The position numbers and the translations under genes are program-made. From Eledone cirrhosa (Eukaryota), in the NCBI GenBank assembly GCA_964016885.1, contig OZ024749.1, forward strand, positions 17,112,001 through 17,176,000: a stretch of DNA of 64,000 bases, in the 5' to 3' direction. Shown here in pieces: positions 41,132 to 56,276 of the stretch. Below the pieces are notes generated by a model. It made no database searches. It was not told the DNA's origin and saw only the letters and a program-made list of their open reading frames with translations. Within the stretch, counting starts at the first letter, position 1. Each line of letters starts with the position of its first letter.

Positions 41132-43628
41132 AAGTAACATAATAATGATTTCAACAGCAGTAATTAGAGATGAAATGTATGTTTATTTTTGATGTACTAC
41201 AAACAATGTTTGTTAACTTATATGGTTGAAGTTACAGATAAAAAGAGGTTACAAAAGGGAATGTGCCATTGCGCCGTTAAGCCGGCGAGGCTAGGTTGCA
41301 ATATCTCACCGTTACATTATGCGTGTTGCTGGCTTGAAGTTTTCGGTACAAGAGAGAGATTCTTCAAATCTTCGCGGGGAATTTCTTCCTCAGGGCGCGT
41401 AGGGATACATCCTCTTCTACTGGCGCTGATTGGCTGAACTGAGCCAAATCACGCATAGAGAATGTATGTGAGCCCGCGGAATGTAGGTCACTACAATACC
41501 CCCTTTCTAGACGGTAGTCGATAGAGATTATTAAATCAGCAAGAACAAATGCCGAAAGAGCACATCAGTGACAAAATAATTGAGCAGAAGGTTGCATGCA
41601 AGAACAAAAAATGAGGCGCTACGGGCCGTGTTGAGCCGCTGTGTCAAATGACCAGTTGTTTTGCTGTTTATACGTGACCGCCAAAGGTCTAACAAAAAAC
41701 GGATAAAGTCTGACATGGGCGAAGTTGCTGTTCTTGCATTAAATGTCAATGGCAAGTGCTGCACCAGTAGCTGTGGACGAAGCTATTATAGCAGTGCTGG
41801 CAAGAAGATGATGGGTAGGCGAGAAAATGTTGGCCTCCCAGATATATTGCCGAATGTGCTAGGGAGCCAGGAAAAAATGGTTGGTTGCTTTTTGTAAAGA
41901 GAAAAAAGGCAAGTTTAATCTGTAGGTGGGTTGCAGTGTAAATTCCATAATTCGGGCGAATCCACAGAAGTGGCTGAAATGCTGACAAGTCCAGTTCAAT
42001 TTGTTGCTTTCCCAGCGAGTCGGGCAAAAACAACAAGACGGATGGCCGTCATGGACGATCAGTGTGCAACGAGATGCGAAGCTGTTTGAGTTCAGCTGCA
42101 ATTAGTATTCTCGTGTTGCGGTGCCTGTTTGAATCCAGTGGATTAAGCTCTGTGAGCTGCTAGCATGTGACAGCACCTCAACCAGGTGAAAAGGGACTCG
42201 CAGAATATTACGTTTGAAGAACATATACCAAGAACAACATGTTGGTGTGTGATAAAAAAATGTGTGCATATGCAGGCATGTAAAACAGCAAAGAATGTGA
42301 ATGAACAAAACCCATGAGCAAGCAAATAGCAAAAGAGCACAAAACAAGTAAATGCATTCTACAAAGAAATATGTGAATGTAACAAACTGATAATTCAAAG
42401 TCAATCTAAGGGAGCAGAGAAATTGCTCAATAAGTTCAAAGTTTTTCAAAGTCAAATAGTTCACACATCACCAGTGTACAGACACTAGTTCTATCCGAAA
42501 ACTGAAAAAGAAGTTTGTTAATGCCGTTAGGGGTTAGATGTATGGTGTTTTTGTGAGTTTTCGTGGCCATCTTGTGTGGCATAAGGTTGTGTTGCTTATT
42601 GTTAAAGCTAAGTCAAAGAATCTTCTGTAGAGTAGCAGTCACCAAACATGGCAGCCACGTCTGACACCATAATGGTGAGAAAACTACTGTCTCAATTTCT
42701 CGAGTCCCTGTGGTAACGAGACAGAAGGTATGCTGGTTGCGTCGGTAAAGTTACAAGCCGTTTTGAAATTTCCGATGTGTGGTGGTTTGCGTCGGTAAGG
42801 CTATGAAGCTGCCACTCACTGTACCTTGTATTGGTCAGTGGTTAAACAACGCTGTCGCTGCTGCTGTCGTTGTTGTTGGCAGCCATCTTGAAATTTTTTC
42901 GTGGCGAAAAAGTTTTTGAAATACTGCCAATTTTTCAAAAATCTTAAAAGGAATATTTTTTATTTTCGCAAGTTGCGAAAAGGTTGGCAACGTGGCAATA
43001 AAAGTTCAACTGAATAAAAAAGAAGGGCTGCGTTAAATTCTCACGTCGGGGTCACCACTTTAGCAGTGTGGTAGAATCAGTGGTCGCCACTTTAACAGGG
43101 TAGATGATTGATGGTCATGACTTGCCAGTGTGGTAAGTGATAGTATCCTCGTTGGATTATCTTGTCGACATAGACGTGAGGGAAGGTCCCTCGATCTATT
43201 TACAATATTCCTTTCGTCAGGTCGCCAATTCCAGCAGCATGGATTATAGATGTTATTGAGACACGAGTAACATAATAATGATTTCAACAGCAGTAATTAG
43301 AGATGAAATGTATGTTTATTTTTGATGTAGTACAAACAATGTTTGTTAACTTATATGGTTGAAGTTACAGATAAAAAGAGGTTACAAAAGGGAATGTGCC
43401 ATTGCGCCGTTAAGCCGGCGAGGCTAGGGTGCAATATCTCACCGTTACATTATGCGTGTTGCTGGCTTGAGGTTTTCGGTACAAGAGAGAGATTCTTCAA
43501 ATCTTCGCGGGGAATTTCTTCCTCAGGGCGCGTAGGAATACATCCTCTTCTACTGGCGCTGATTGGCTGAACTGAGCCAAATCACGCATAGAGAATGTAT
43601 GTGAGCCCGCGGAATGTAGGTCACTACA
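41132..43628 (-). mobile_element. Non-autonomous/decayed LTR retrotransposon (Gypsy-like)
   Basis: Direct repeats 41132-41495 and 43267-43628 start TGTAGTGACC on minus; polypurine tract AGAAAGGGGGTA precedes the 3' LTR; primer-binding site (PBS) present; 1.5 kb interior lacks long ORFs. Confidence 0.85.
43041..43057 (-). promoter_or_regulatory. PBS complementary to the tRNA-Trp 3' end
   Basis: The + strand TCACGTCGGGGTCACCA matches the eukaryotic tRNA-Trp 3' end as recalled. Confidence 0.8.
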
Positions 43629-43668
43629 TGTATATATATATATGTATATATATATATGTATATATATG

Positions 43669-43699
<31 letters not shown>

Positions 43700-43878
43700 G
43701 TATATATATGTATATATATATATATGTATATATATATGTATATATATATATATGCATATATATGTATATATATATATATGTGTATATATATATATATATA
43801 TGTGTATATATATATATGTATATATGTATATATATGTATATATATCTCTCTCTATATATATATATATGTATATATATG

Positions 43879-43913
<35 letters not shown>

Positions 43914-43942
43914 ATATAAGTATGTATATATATGTATGTATA

Positions 43943-44035
<93 letters not shown>

Positions 44036-44041
<6 letters not shown>

Positions 44042-44482
44042 GTTTGAATATGTATAATAAAGCCAAAACAATGCAGGTGTGGACATAGAAAAAAGAATGC
44101 AATTGCAAAAGATATTGTTGACAATTCGTCTTTTACCTTAGATTTATTTTAAACGTCCTTAATTTTCGAGATAATATCTCTTCTTCAGAGGGAAATAAAG
44201 GTCTCAAACCAGCGTTCTAAATATCTTGCCAAGCCATGCATGGCTTGGCAAGATATTTAGAACGCTGGTTTGAGACCTTTATTTCCCTCTGAAGAAGAGA
44301 TATTATCTCGAAAATTAAGGACGTTTAAAATAAATCTAAGGTAAAAGACGAATTGTCAACAATATCTTTTGCAATTGCATTCTTTTTTCTATGTCCATAC
44401 CTGCATTGTTTTGGCTTTATTATACATATTCAAACGTTTATACCTCATTACACAATGCTTCAATTGAACTATAACCTCCTCC
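44036..44482. mobile_element. Palindromic pLTR-only insert of the 26376-28654 PLE family
   Basis: Spacer-less centre CCATG|CATGG at 44238/44239; the right arm has the complete terminus. Confidence 0.9.
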
Positions 44483-44518
<36 letters not shown>

Positions 44519-44679
44519 GTATATGTATATATATATATGTATATGTAGATATGTATATATATATATATGTATATATATATATGTCTATATATATATATGT
44601 ATCTATATATATGTATCTATATATATGTATCTATATATATGTATATATATATATATGTATCTATATATATGTATCTATA

Positions 44680-44718
<39 letters not shown>

Positions 44719-44855
44719 CTATATATATGTATCTATATATATATATATATATATATGTATATGTATATATATGTATATATATATGTATATATATATATGT
44801 AAATATATATATATATGCATATATATATATATGTATATATATATATATGTATATA

Positions 44856-44900
<45 letters not shown>

Positions 44901-44920
44901 GTATATATATATATATATGT

Positions 44921-45241
44921 ATTACTTTCACTTTCACGAACGTTATTCTTAACGTATGCCTATATATATATATATACATATATATATACATATATATATA
45001 TATATGTATACATATATATATATATGTATATATATATGTATATATATATATATATATAGGCATACGTTAAGAATAACGTTCGTGAAAGTGAAAGTAAATT
45101 TTCTGACAAGTGAATTTGCTTTTGTTTTTTTTTACAATGAAAGTTACGATACACACGCAATTGTATGTACAATCCGGGTGTAAATGCTGTTTCAGGGTGA
45201 TAATCCAACGAATGTTACGCGTGTGTATGTGTATATGTATA

Positions 45242-45325
<84 letters not shown>

Positions 45326-45748
45326 TACACACACAGTGAAACTCCGTTATAACGTGCCCCTATCACCCAAATCCCTTATCATTCTCTGTCCTTCTTATGA
45401 CCCGGGCTTAGTTGGTGCCAACTCTGGCAAGATATTACAAAAACATCGAAACGATGATGATGATGACATAAACACATATATATATACAAACACGCATATA
45501 TATATACATACAACACACATATATATACACACATATACACACCCACACATGTATATATAAGAGAAAGTAATCACACACGCAATACTAATTAACACCATAT
45601 CACTATAGAGACCTGTTGTAAATAAACAAACAAGAAATCCATACAATTGCGTGTGTATCGTAACTTTCACTGTAAAAAAACAAAAAAACATATTCGCTTG
45701 TCAGAAAATTTACTTTCACTTTCACGAACGTTATTCTTAACGTATGCC
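44921..45748. repeat. Short repeat present three times in alternating orientation
   Basis: 44921-44960 (+), 45059-45167 (-), 45640-45748 (+). Confidence 0.75.
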
Positions 45749-45909
45749 ATATATATATATATGTATATGTATATATATATATGTATATATATATATGTAA
45801 ATATATATATATGCATATATATATATATGTATATATGTATATGTATATATATATGTATATATATATATATATATAAATATATGTATATATATGTATGTAT
45901 ATATATATG

Positions 45910-46027
<118 letters not shown>

Positions 46028-46944
46028 GTATATATATATATGTATATATATATATTTATGTATATATATATGTATATATAAATATATGTGTATAAATCAT
46101 TATCTATAAAAGGCAGATTTTTGTGTCTGTATGTATGTTTCAATTTTATACATTTACACAATTCCAAAAATATTGAATGAATAATTAAGCAGAATGTTTA
46201 CAAATATTCTAACTTGGGTCATGGGCGATCTTATTGGGTAAAAAATGCCACAATTACGGAAAAATCGATTTATTTCAACAATCGATGATTTCTCCTCTCT
46301 CATATGATATACGTTTCCTATATCTACTCCCATTCATCACCTCCCCTTAAAATTGCTACCTTGTCTTATAAGTGTTTGTGAAAAAGAGAAACATTGAAAA
46401 AAAACATATACACACATATATGTGGGTGCATACACACACATATATGTTGGTATGGTTACGAGTGACGTCATAGAAACAGGAACGCGGGAATTTCAATCAA
46501 TCAACGCATACACAGTTTGTTTTAGAAATAACAATAGCATATAATGATAAAGAGATCGGCCTTACACTTTCAAACTAAATTTTTCTGTATAAGTAACTTT
46601 AACCCTTTTTTTTTTCGACATAAAAATACACACATACATACAAATACCTGTAAATTTTTTTGGGGGGGGCCTTTCTTATCAATCTTTTTACATTCCATTA
46701 TCAGCCTTATACTTTCAAAGTCAATTTTTATGTTGAAGTAACTTTCAACCTTTAATACATACATACATACATACATACATACATACATACATACATACAT
46801 ACATACATACATACATACATACATACATACATACATACATACAAATACCTGTCACTTAATTTACACACACATCGGCCTTACACTTTCATACACACATACA
46901 TATACACACATACATACAAATACCTGTCACTTAATTTACACACA

Positions 46945-47279
46945 TGTAGCGGTTGTCTCCCTTGTGACTCACAACCCCAATAGATTAACATCTAGACGGG
47001 AAGTAGAACCCTTTCTGTAACTTCCGGTCAGAGCCCTATAAAACGAATAGCCTTCGGCTCTCTCTCTCTCATTTGCCCTTCCGGCGCCTGGCCTTAGCCA
47101 GGCGTCCTCTGCCAGCCGCGTTTGCCTGGCAATCAAAACGGTAACGACTAACTTTGTTTCATTCTTTCATCTATTTCTTTGACATGTCAACTATACTATC
47201 TACCATTGTTAATTAAATATTATACACACAAACCATGTCTCGTTTTGTTACATTCATACAACCCAGTATCTTCGCTATA
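46945..47279 (+). mobile_element. Solo LTR nested in the Helitron
   Basis: TGTAGC...GCTATA termini, TATAAAA and ATTAAA signals; 4-bp CACA TSD by comparison with the empty paralogous site at 46851-46880. Confidence 0.75.
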
Positions 47280-47612
47280 CACACATCGGCCTTACACTTT
47301 CAAACTATATTTTTCTGTAGAAGTAACTTTAACCCTTTCTTTTCGACATAAAAATACACACATACATACAAATACCTGTACATTTTTTTTTTGGGGGGGG
47401 GGGGGCCTTTCTTGTCAATCTTTTTACATTCAATTATCAGCCTTCAAAGTCAATTTTTATGTTGAAGTAACTTTCACCTTTTATTTTTCGATATCCATTT
47501 ACTTACTAACATTTGTATCACAACAACAATAACAATATTCATAAACAGACAGTAGACTTTCAAAGTCAATTTTTCTGTAGAAGTAACTTTCACCCTTTCT
47601 TTTGGACATAAC

Positions 47613-49556
47613 ATGCCACCTAAAAAGAGAAGTCGCCTCAGTCGACATACCGCGCCAGCAGTGGCGCAAAAGGCTACTATAGCAAACGAGTCCTCTGAGG
47701 AAAATGCTTCAAGACTTTCACAGACAGCCTTACGTTCAGCAGAATGTCGAGTCGCTGAAAGTTTCCAACAGCGCACCGCACGCCTAGCCAAAATGGCTTC
47801 ATACCAGGCTTCTTCCAGGGCTTCAGAGAGCCGTGAACAAAGGTCGAAGCGCCTGGCTAGAAACGCTGCGACTAATGCTGCTTCCAGGTATTTGGAACGT
47901 TTAAAACAACGGACGGCTCGCCTTCCTACGTACGCTGCGGCTATGACTACTTCCATGGCTTCTGAAGATGCAGACGGGCGGTCCATTAGCATTGCAAATG
48001 TTGCTTCTGCTATTGCTGCCAGACCTTCCCACCAACCACACGACGAATGTTCTACGTTCAAGCGTAACAGTCGACGGCAAGAAGCTGCACGCGGTGTGAC
48101 GAGCCCCAACAGCCCTTACTGGCACCTACGGGCTTTCAAGTATGAGCAAAACGTTAATTAGTCGATGCGCTCTGACATAAATATAGGCAAGATGCGCTTC
48201 AATTGCCAATTCTGCAATGCTACAAAGTGGGCTGGGGAGCCACCTGCAATGTGTTGCTTAAACGGTAACGTCACCTTGCTCCCTCTTCCGGAACCGCCAG
48301 AACCTTTGAAGGAACTACTGACTGGTTATACCTCAAGGTCAAAAAAGAAAAACCCGGATCCCCCCAATAAAAAACGCTCCTGGGGCTACCGGAATAACTT
48401 TTGTAACGAATTTGATTCTCGCTAAGATTCGTCAGGAGAAAAAAGTTGCGTTGTCCGTTGCATCGTCCGGGATCGCTGCAACGGACAGCACATTCAACCT
48501 TTAAACTCCCTTTGAATTTAGTAAAAACTGAGACACAAACATGCAATATCAGCAAGAGTTCACACAAAGCTCTGGTTCTCAAAAGATGTTGCCTCATTGT
48601 TTGGGATGAGTTCACAATGGCACACAAGAGGCATTGGACAGGGCCCGGAAAGACATTAGGGATTCTACGGCTCCTATGCCTGTCATCCCCAAATGGACAA
48701 GAGCTGAAGAAGTGCGTGCCAGTCTTAAGTTGTCCATGTTGTGGCTCCAGGTGAATAGTTTGTACCTGAGCACAAATATGCGTGCTCATTTGCATGGTGA
48801 CAACATGTCTGCAGCACAGAACATTTTAGCACTTGGTGAGGGCAAGATCCCTGCGGATGACAAGGGCGGCATAGCAATCGACACCCTGTGCAACATTGTG
48901 AGCAGCCCTTCTGACCTTTGGGAAACAGTTTTTCCTAATGTCTCATCTAACTTTAAAAACCTCGATTGGCTCAGCGAAAGAGCCATCCTTGCTCCGAAAA
49001 ATACCATGGTTAATTTTATTAACGAGCAGCTGATTGAGAAGATTCCCGGTAAAGAGCACATCTTCAAATCAGACCCCGACGATATCATTAATTATCCGAT
49101 TGAGTTATTAAATCTCCTTGAGCCTCCAGGGCTCCCACCTCACCTTATTAAGCTTAGGGTTGGCTGTCCCATTATGCTAATAAGGAACTTGCGTCCACCA
49201 AAGCAGTGCAACGGTACTCGCATGGTCGTCAAGTCACTGACACCCACTTGATTGAGGCCACCATTGTAAGGGGGTGCGGAAGAGGGGATAATGTTTTCAT
49301 TCCAAGGATGAACCTTTTCCCCTAGGCGTCAGATATCCCGTTCGATTTCCGACGATCCCAATTCCCGGTGAGACCATGTTTTGCCATGTCCATTAACAAG
49401 TCACAAGGGCAAACATTGTCGATGGCGGGCATCCATTTGGAGGAGTCATGCTTCTCCCATGGCCAACTTTATGTTGCCTGTTCCCGCGCAGGGAGTAGGA
49501 ATGGACTTTTTGCTTACTCTCCTCAAGGGATGACAGGCAATATCGTCTACGAATAG
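47613..49556 (+). pseudogene. Helitron RepHel remnant: N-terminus, Zn motif, Pif1-like helicase
   Basis: CQFCNATKWAGEPPAMCCLNG; RTAHSTFKLPL; IVWDE; RAILAPKN; PIMLIRNL..CNGTR; FAMSINKSQGQTL..FSHGQLYVACSR. Confidence 0.9.
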
Positions 49557-49925
49557 GTGCTATAGATGTTGGTGCAGGTGTTGGAGCTATGCCGTCTGGA
49601 ACACTATTTCCTGGTAGGGTATCCTATGGCCGACAGATCTGACACCCAGCGGCATCAGGGACACCATCTTGCAACTTTGATCTACTAAATTCGCTATTGG
49701 AGGATTATTAACCCATCATTGATTGACCAAAATGCTAATTGGTTCGTAACTTTTAATAACCGGTTCAACTGCTTTATGCACTTAATTAATAAGCTTATTC
49801 GCTTTCAAACCAAGTTTACCTGTATGTAACTTTTCATAGCAAATGAACAAACCCGAGCAACGCCGGGCTAAACTGCTAGTATATATATGTGTATATATAT
49901 ATATATATGTGTATATATATATATA

Positions 49926-50048
<123 letters not shown>

Positions 50049-50052
50049 GTAT

Positions 50053-50128
<76 letters not shown>

Positions 50129-50159
50129 GTATCTATATATATATGTATCTATATATATA

Positions 50160-50428
50160 AGAAAAGCATCCCCAGCCAGTGAAGAGGTCACAGAATGTGT
50201 GACGAAAGAACTTGACAATATATAAACAACCATCTGGTTGTGGAACCAACCAACCAACCGGAAATTTATAAATTCCTAAATTTATAAATTTATTATAATA
50301 AATTGAAGTGAACAACTGGTGCGTGTGTTTCCTATTGGCTACATGACCCTCCCAAAGTATAACAATATCGGTTTCAACACACGTTTTCAGATAAAGAAGC
50401 TTGCTAAATAAATTCAGAAACGAAATAT
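50160..50428 (+). mobile_element. Diverged solo pLTR of the 33958-37333 family (HHR core mutated to GTGAAGA)
   Basis: Homologous to 37017-37285. Confidence 0.85.
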
Positions 50429-50811
50429 ATATGTATGTATATATGTATATATATATGTATATATATATGTATATATGTATGTATATATGTATATATATAT
50501 GTATATATATATGTGTATATGTATATATATATGTGTATATGTATGTATATATGTATATATATATGTATATATATATATGTATATATATGAATATATATAT
50601 ATGTATATATATATATATGTATATGTATATATATATGTATATGTATATATATATGTATATATGTATATATGTATATATATATGTATATATGTATATATAT
50701 TTATATATATATATATGTATATATGTATATATGCATATATATTTATATATATATATGTATATATGCATATATATTTATATATATATATGTATATATGTAT
50801 ATATATTTATA

Positions 50812-50908
<97 letters not shown>

Positions 50909-50945
50909 ATATATTTATATATATATATATGTATATATATATCTA

Positions 50946-50976
<31 letters not shown>

Positions 50977-51559
50977 AAATATGATAATAAGGGCGCTGCG
51001 GAGTTGCAAATGGGTTACATATGAAAAAAGTTTGTCCTTCATCAGTGATCTTCCAACTATTATAGGCATTTCATCGCTTTAAAAACCATATACCTCCGGT
51101 TGGTGCGAGCAACGGCTAAAAAAAGTCGTTGGGACACGTAAATAAAGGGGACGCGAGGGTAAACAAACAAAATGGTGAGGCAACAGAAAGTGAGGAAGAA
51201 GGAGACAAGTCCCAGATTTCTATGAATTTAAGTTCGGTGAAATCGTGAACGAGAGAATAAAGACCATCAAACCTGGTTGAAATGTGAGCAAGGAAGGAAT
51301 TTCGCACAGGTCTAACGGGAGGAAGAAGGGGTCTGGTCTGCGAATTCGGTAAACATAAGTTCTGTGAAATCGTAGACGAGAGAGAAAAACTTCCGACCAG
51401 CTTGGCCGAGAATGTGAGAGAAAAGAGTTATTCACATGTCAAACGGGAAGAAAGAGGAGTAGATATATATGTATATATGTATATATATTTATATATTTAT
51501 ATATATATATTTATATATATATTCATATATATATATATATGTATATATGTATATATATT

Positions 51560-51622
<63 letters not shown>

Positions 51623-51643
51623 GTGTATATATGTATATATATT

Positions 51644-51710
<67 letters not shown>

Positions 51711-51727
51711 ATATATGTATATATATT

Positions 51728-51777
<50 letters not shown>

Positions 51778-51825
51778 CTTATATATATATATATATATAT
51801 ACATATTTATATATATATATATACA

Positions 51826-52020
<195 letters not shown>

Positions 52021-52087
52021 GTGGATGTACTTGTAGAAATATTCAAGTTGTTTATAATACTTGTGTTTCAATGGTACTAATTCGAGA

Positions 52088-52307
52088 CGCCAGGACAATA
52101 TAAAAAGTAGCGAAGCAAGCGGTTATTAAACAATTCTCTAAATAAATTAAAAAACGATTTAAATAATCACCTGTTCTATTGCTGTTACCGACGGTTTCAT
52201 CATTCCAAAAGATTGGAAATCCAGAGAATTTCAAATGGAAAGAAGTGATTTATTTAAATCGTTTTTTAATTTATTTAGAGAATTGTTTAATAACCGCTTG
52301 CTTCGCT

Positions 52308-52313
<6 letters not shown>
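52088..52313. repeat. Fold-back insert with ~80-bp arms and the 3' half of an HHR on minus
   Basis: Arms ~52090-52170 and ~52245-52313; minus strand GAAA CCGTCGG TA. Confidence 0.7.
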
Positions 52314-52388
<75 letters not shown>

Positions 52389-52552
52389 AGATCAAAAGAT
52401 GGTTAAAGGAGTTCCATATATTTTATTATGCGCATTTCAAAAACAAACATCATCATGCAATAATATTTGTGTTTTCATCAGATAAAACAGGAGAACATGA
52501 TATGAAGGCTAAAAAACACTTGTAGATAGTGCTGTTTTAAATCAACATATGT

Positions 52553-52778
<226 letters not shown>

Positions 52779-52826
52779 TTATATATATATATATATATAT
52801 ATACATATATTTATATGTATATATAA

Positions 52827-52945
52827 AGGCGTGTGGGTGAGTGGTTAGAGAATTGGATTCGCAATCGTGAGGTTGTGAGTTCGATTCTCAGACCAGGCGA
52901 TGCGATATGTCCTTGAGCAAGACACTTTATTTCACGTTGCTCCTT
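52827..52945 (+). mobile_element. tRNA-derived SINE head, second family
   Basis: TGGGTGAGTGG A-box, GAGTTCGATTCTC B-box, CORE-like GTCCTTGAGCAAGACACTT. Confidence 0.7.
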
Positions 52946-53145
52946 CTACCTGGAGTTGCGACCGATAGATAGTAATAGCAATTGGAAAGACCGATGGAAA
53001 CATTGTTTCCTCGGTCCGATTTGACGAAAGTCGATCGTGCCTAAAAAAAAAAAATATATGTAAAATTTCTATTTAAATTGTTGGGATACAACAAGCAAAT
53101 ATTTTTATAACTGATATAAAGCACTCAACAAATATTTGGTGTAAA

Positions 53146-53716
53146 AATACGATATTAACAAATGGAAACTATATTTAAAAAAACATATTTATTTCATTAT
53201 ACATATTTCAAGGACACCAAGTTAAATTATGGTGTGCTTTCATCAGATAAAATATAATATAGATCAGTTTTATAAATAAATATTGACATACCCTTAAAAA
53301 ATTCAACCATTACTGTTGGAAGCTCCCGGATAGTGGAGTTGTAGCTTTAATTATATTATTATTAGTATTGGATATTTTTATTTTTAAAATAAGCCGTGGG
53401 TTTACGGAGAAAGAGAAAGATTTTTTTTTCTCTCTCTCCTTTATCTTTCTCTTTCTACGTAACTCAACGGCTTATTTTAAAAATAAAAATATCCAATACT
53501 AATAATAATATAATTAAAGCTACAACTCCACTATCCGGGAGCTTCCAACAGTAATGGTTGAATTTTTTAAGGGTATGTCAATATTTATTTATAAAACTGA
53601 TCTATATTATATTTTATCTGATGAAAGCACACCATAATTTAACTTGGTGTCCTTGAAATATGTATAATGAAATAAATATAGTTTTATAAATATAGTTTCC
53701 ATCTGTTAATATCGTA
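53146..53716. repeat. ~275-bp-arm palindrome with two HHR-like motifs (53195-53250 -, 53614-53669 +)
   Basis: CTGATGA AAGCACACCA..TGGTGTCCTT GAAA TATG TA; related motif at 52426-52485 (-). Confidence 0.8.
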
Positions 53717-53796
53717 TATATATATATATATATTTATATATATGTATATATGTATATATATATATATGTATATATGTATATATGTATATATATTTT

Positions 53797-53827
<31 letters not shown>

Positions 53828-54778
53828 GTAGATAAATCTACCAAGAGTTTACGGTAGTGTCCAATCCGTATGAAGAACTCAATGTAATCCGGATATCATG
53901 GAAAGAAGAGATGCAATGAAAAATCACTTTCGGTGAAAGATAAACGGAATACAGAGTCAAGATAAAATATTAAAAAAATAATGAATAAAACAATGAAACA
54001 GTTCCTTATATTAAACAAAAAAAGTTCATTATTTAACGATCGTTTCTAGGATATATATGTGTTAGAATTGGCATGCATATTCAACAGATCTATGTACAAA
54101 ATTATACAAAATTATACAAACTATCAAAATTAAATATACATACCAAACACATATATATGCCGTCTTCAGAAATAATGAAATATATTTATTGATAATAACA
54201 ACAATTCAAAATTTCAGGTCCGTTTGGGAACAGAGTTCAAATTGACCAATGAAAATACAAAAAGTTTATGCAGTTAGGTGTGTGTATATACATGCAATTA
54301 ACTTCGTTCACAGATATGCATAAAGATATATGTTCACATGCATACGCATGCCAAAAGGATGTATGTAAATACAAAAATTCAAGGCTAATGTCTCTGTAAG
54401 TTTATAATCTACAGATAAAATGCGTATAGACACATAAATATAAAATATAAAATAAATATATACACACATTCATATACTCACATATTCGTACATTCACACA
54501 CACACGCGCGTATACGCATAAACATACACATAACTACGAACATACACACACACATACACCCCCACACACATATATATGTGTATATACTATTATCATAAGC
54601 ATATGGACATTAATGCACGCACATAAACACTGCCACACATATTTAGATCCAGATACAGAAATTAGGTGGGGGGGGGGAGAGGTCAGTATTCAACGGTGTC
54701 AGCAGACTGCCTATTTATAAATGTATCTATAAACTTAGAAATCAAAAGAAAAGAAAATGAAAAAAAAAATATATCAAG

Positions 54779-54814
<36 letters not shown>

Positions 54815-55297
54815 CCCCCACACACACACACACACACATATACATATACATATATATATATATACACATATATACACACATATATACACATACATATACA
54901 CATATATATATACACATACATACACATACATATATATATATATACAAACAAGTAAAATATAAAATATACATCGATATACATACATATACACATATAAATA
55001 AATACACACACATACACACACATACATATACATACATATACATACACATATATACAAACACATACATACACATACATATACATACACATACCATATAAAT
55101 ACACATACACATACACACACGCATACATATAGAGACACATACATATACACATATAAATACATAGACATATACACACACACACACACATATATATATATAT
55201 TTTTACACATATATACACATACACGCATACATATATATATATATATATATATACATTCACAACACACGTATATATATACACACACATATATATACAC

Positions 55298-55344
<47 letters not shown>

Positions 55345-55391
55345 TATATAAACACACTCATATATATACACACATACACATACATACCCAC

Positions 55392-55436
<45 letters not shown>

Positions 55437-55451
55437 CACACACATACACAT

Positions 55452-55508
<57 letters not shown>

Positions 55509-55611
55509 CATACATATACACACACATACATATATACACACGCACACATACACACACATACACATACACATATATAAAGATATATATACACACACACACA
55601 CATATAATAAA

Positions 55612-55643
<32 letters not shown>

Positions 55644-55655
55644 CATACATATATA

Positions 55656-55695
<40 letters not shown>

Positions 55696-55738
55696 CATAC
55701 ACATATACACACATACATACATACACACACACATACAT

Positions 55739-55750
<12 letters not shown>
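53828..55750 (-). mobile_element. Naiad 3' UTR/terminus copy
   Basis: Near-identical start to the 25078 copy; far boundary approximate. Confidence 0.85.
54025..54179 (-). ncRNA. Type I HHR with long stem II
   Basis: Same motif as 19036-19190. Confidence 0.72.
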
Positions 55751-55802
<52 letters not shown>

Positions 55803-55863
55803 ATATATATTCATATATATATGTATATATATTTATATATATATGTATATATGTATATATATT

Positions 55864-55896
<33 letters not shown>

Positions 55897-55959
55897 ATAT
55901 GTATATATGTATATATATTTATATATATATATATATATATGTGTGTATATATGTATATT

Positions 55960-55995
<36 letters not shown>

Positions 55996-56063
55996 TATGA
56001 GTGTGTGTGTGTGTGTGTGTATATATTTATATATATATTTATATATATATATATATGTATATA

Positions 56064-56174
<111 letters not shown>

Positions 56175-56276
56175 ATAATTTATGCTTTGATTCGTGAAGA
56201 CGTTGCCTGGCAATGAACGGAAAAAAACGAAGATAATACGTCGCTATGTTGAACAGTGACAACAATTACACGTAAA

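Larger units (their letters stand above)
46097..49879 (+). mobile_element. Helitron, internally deleted
   Basis: A|TC 5' end; 3' hairpin CCCGAGCAACGCCGGG then CTAG|T; RepHel remnants. Confidence 0.85.

Noticed and set aside
43041-43057. tRNA-Trp gene
   Set aside because: Only the 3' 17 nt including CCA are present, next to an LTR, so it is a PBS.
52827-52900. tRNA gene
   Set aside because: Imperfect cloverleaf continuing into a SINE body.
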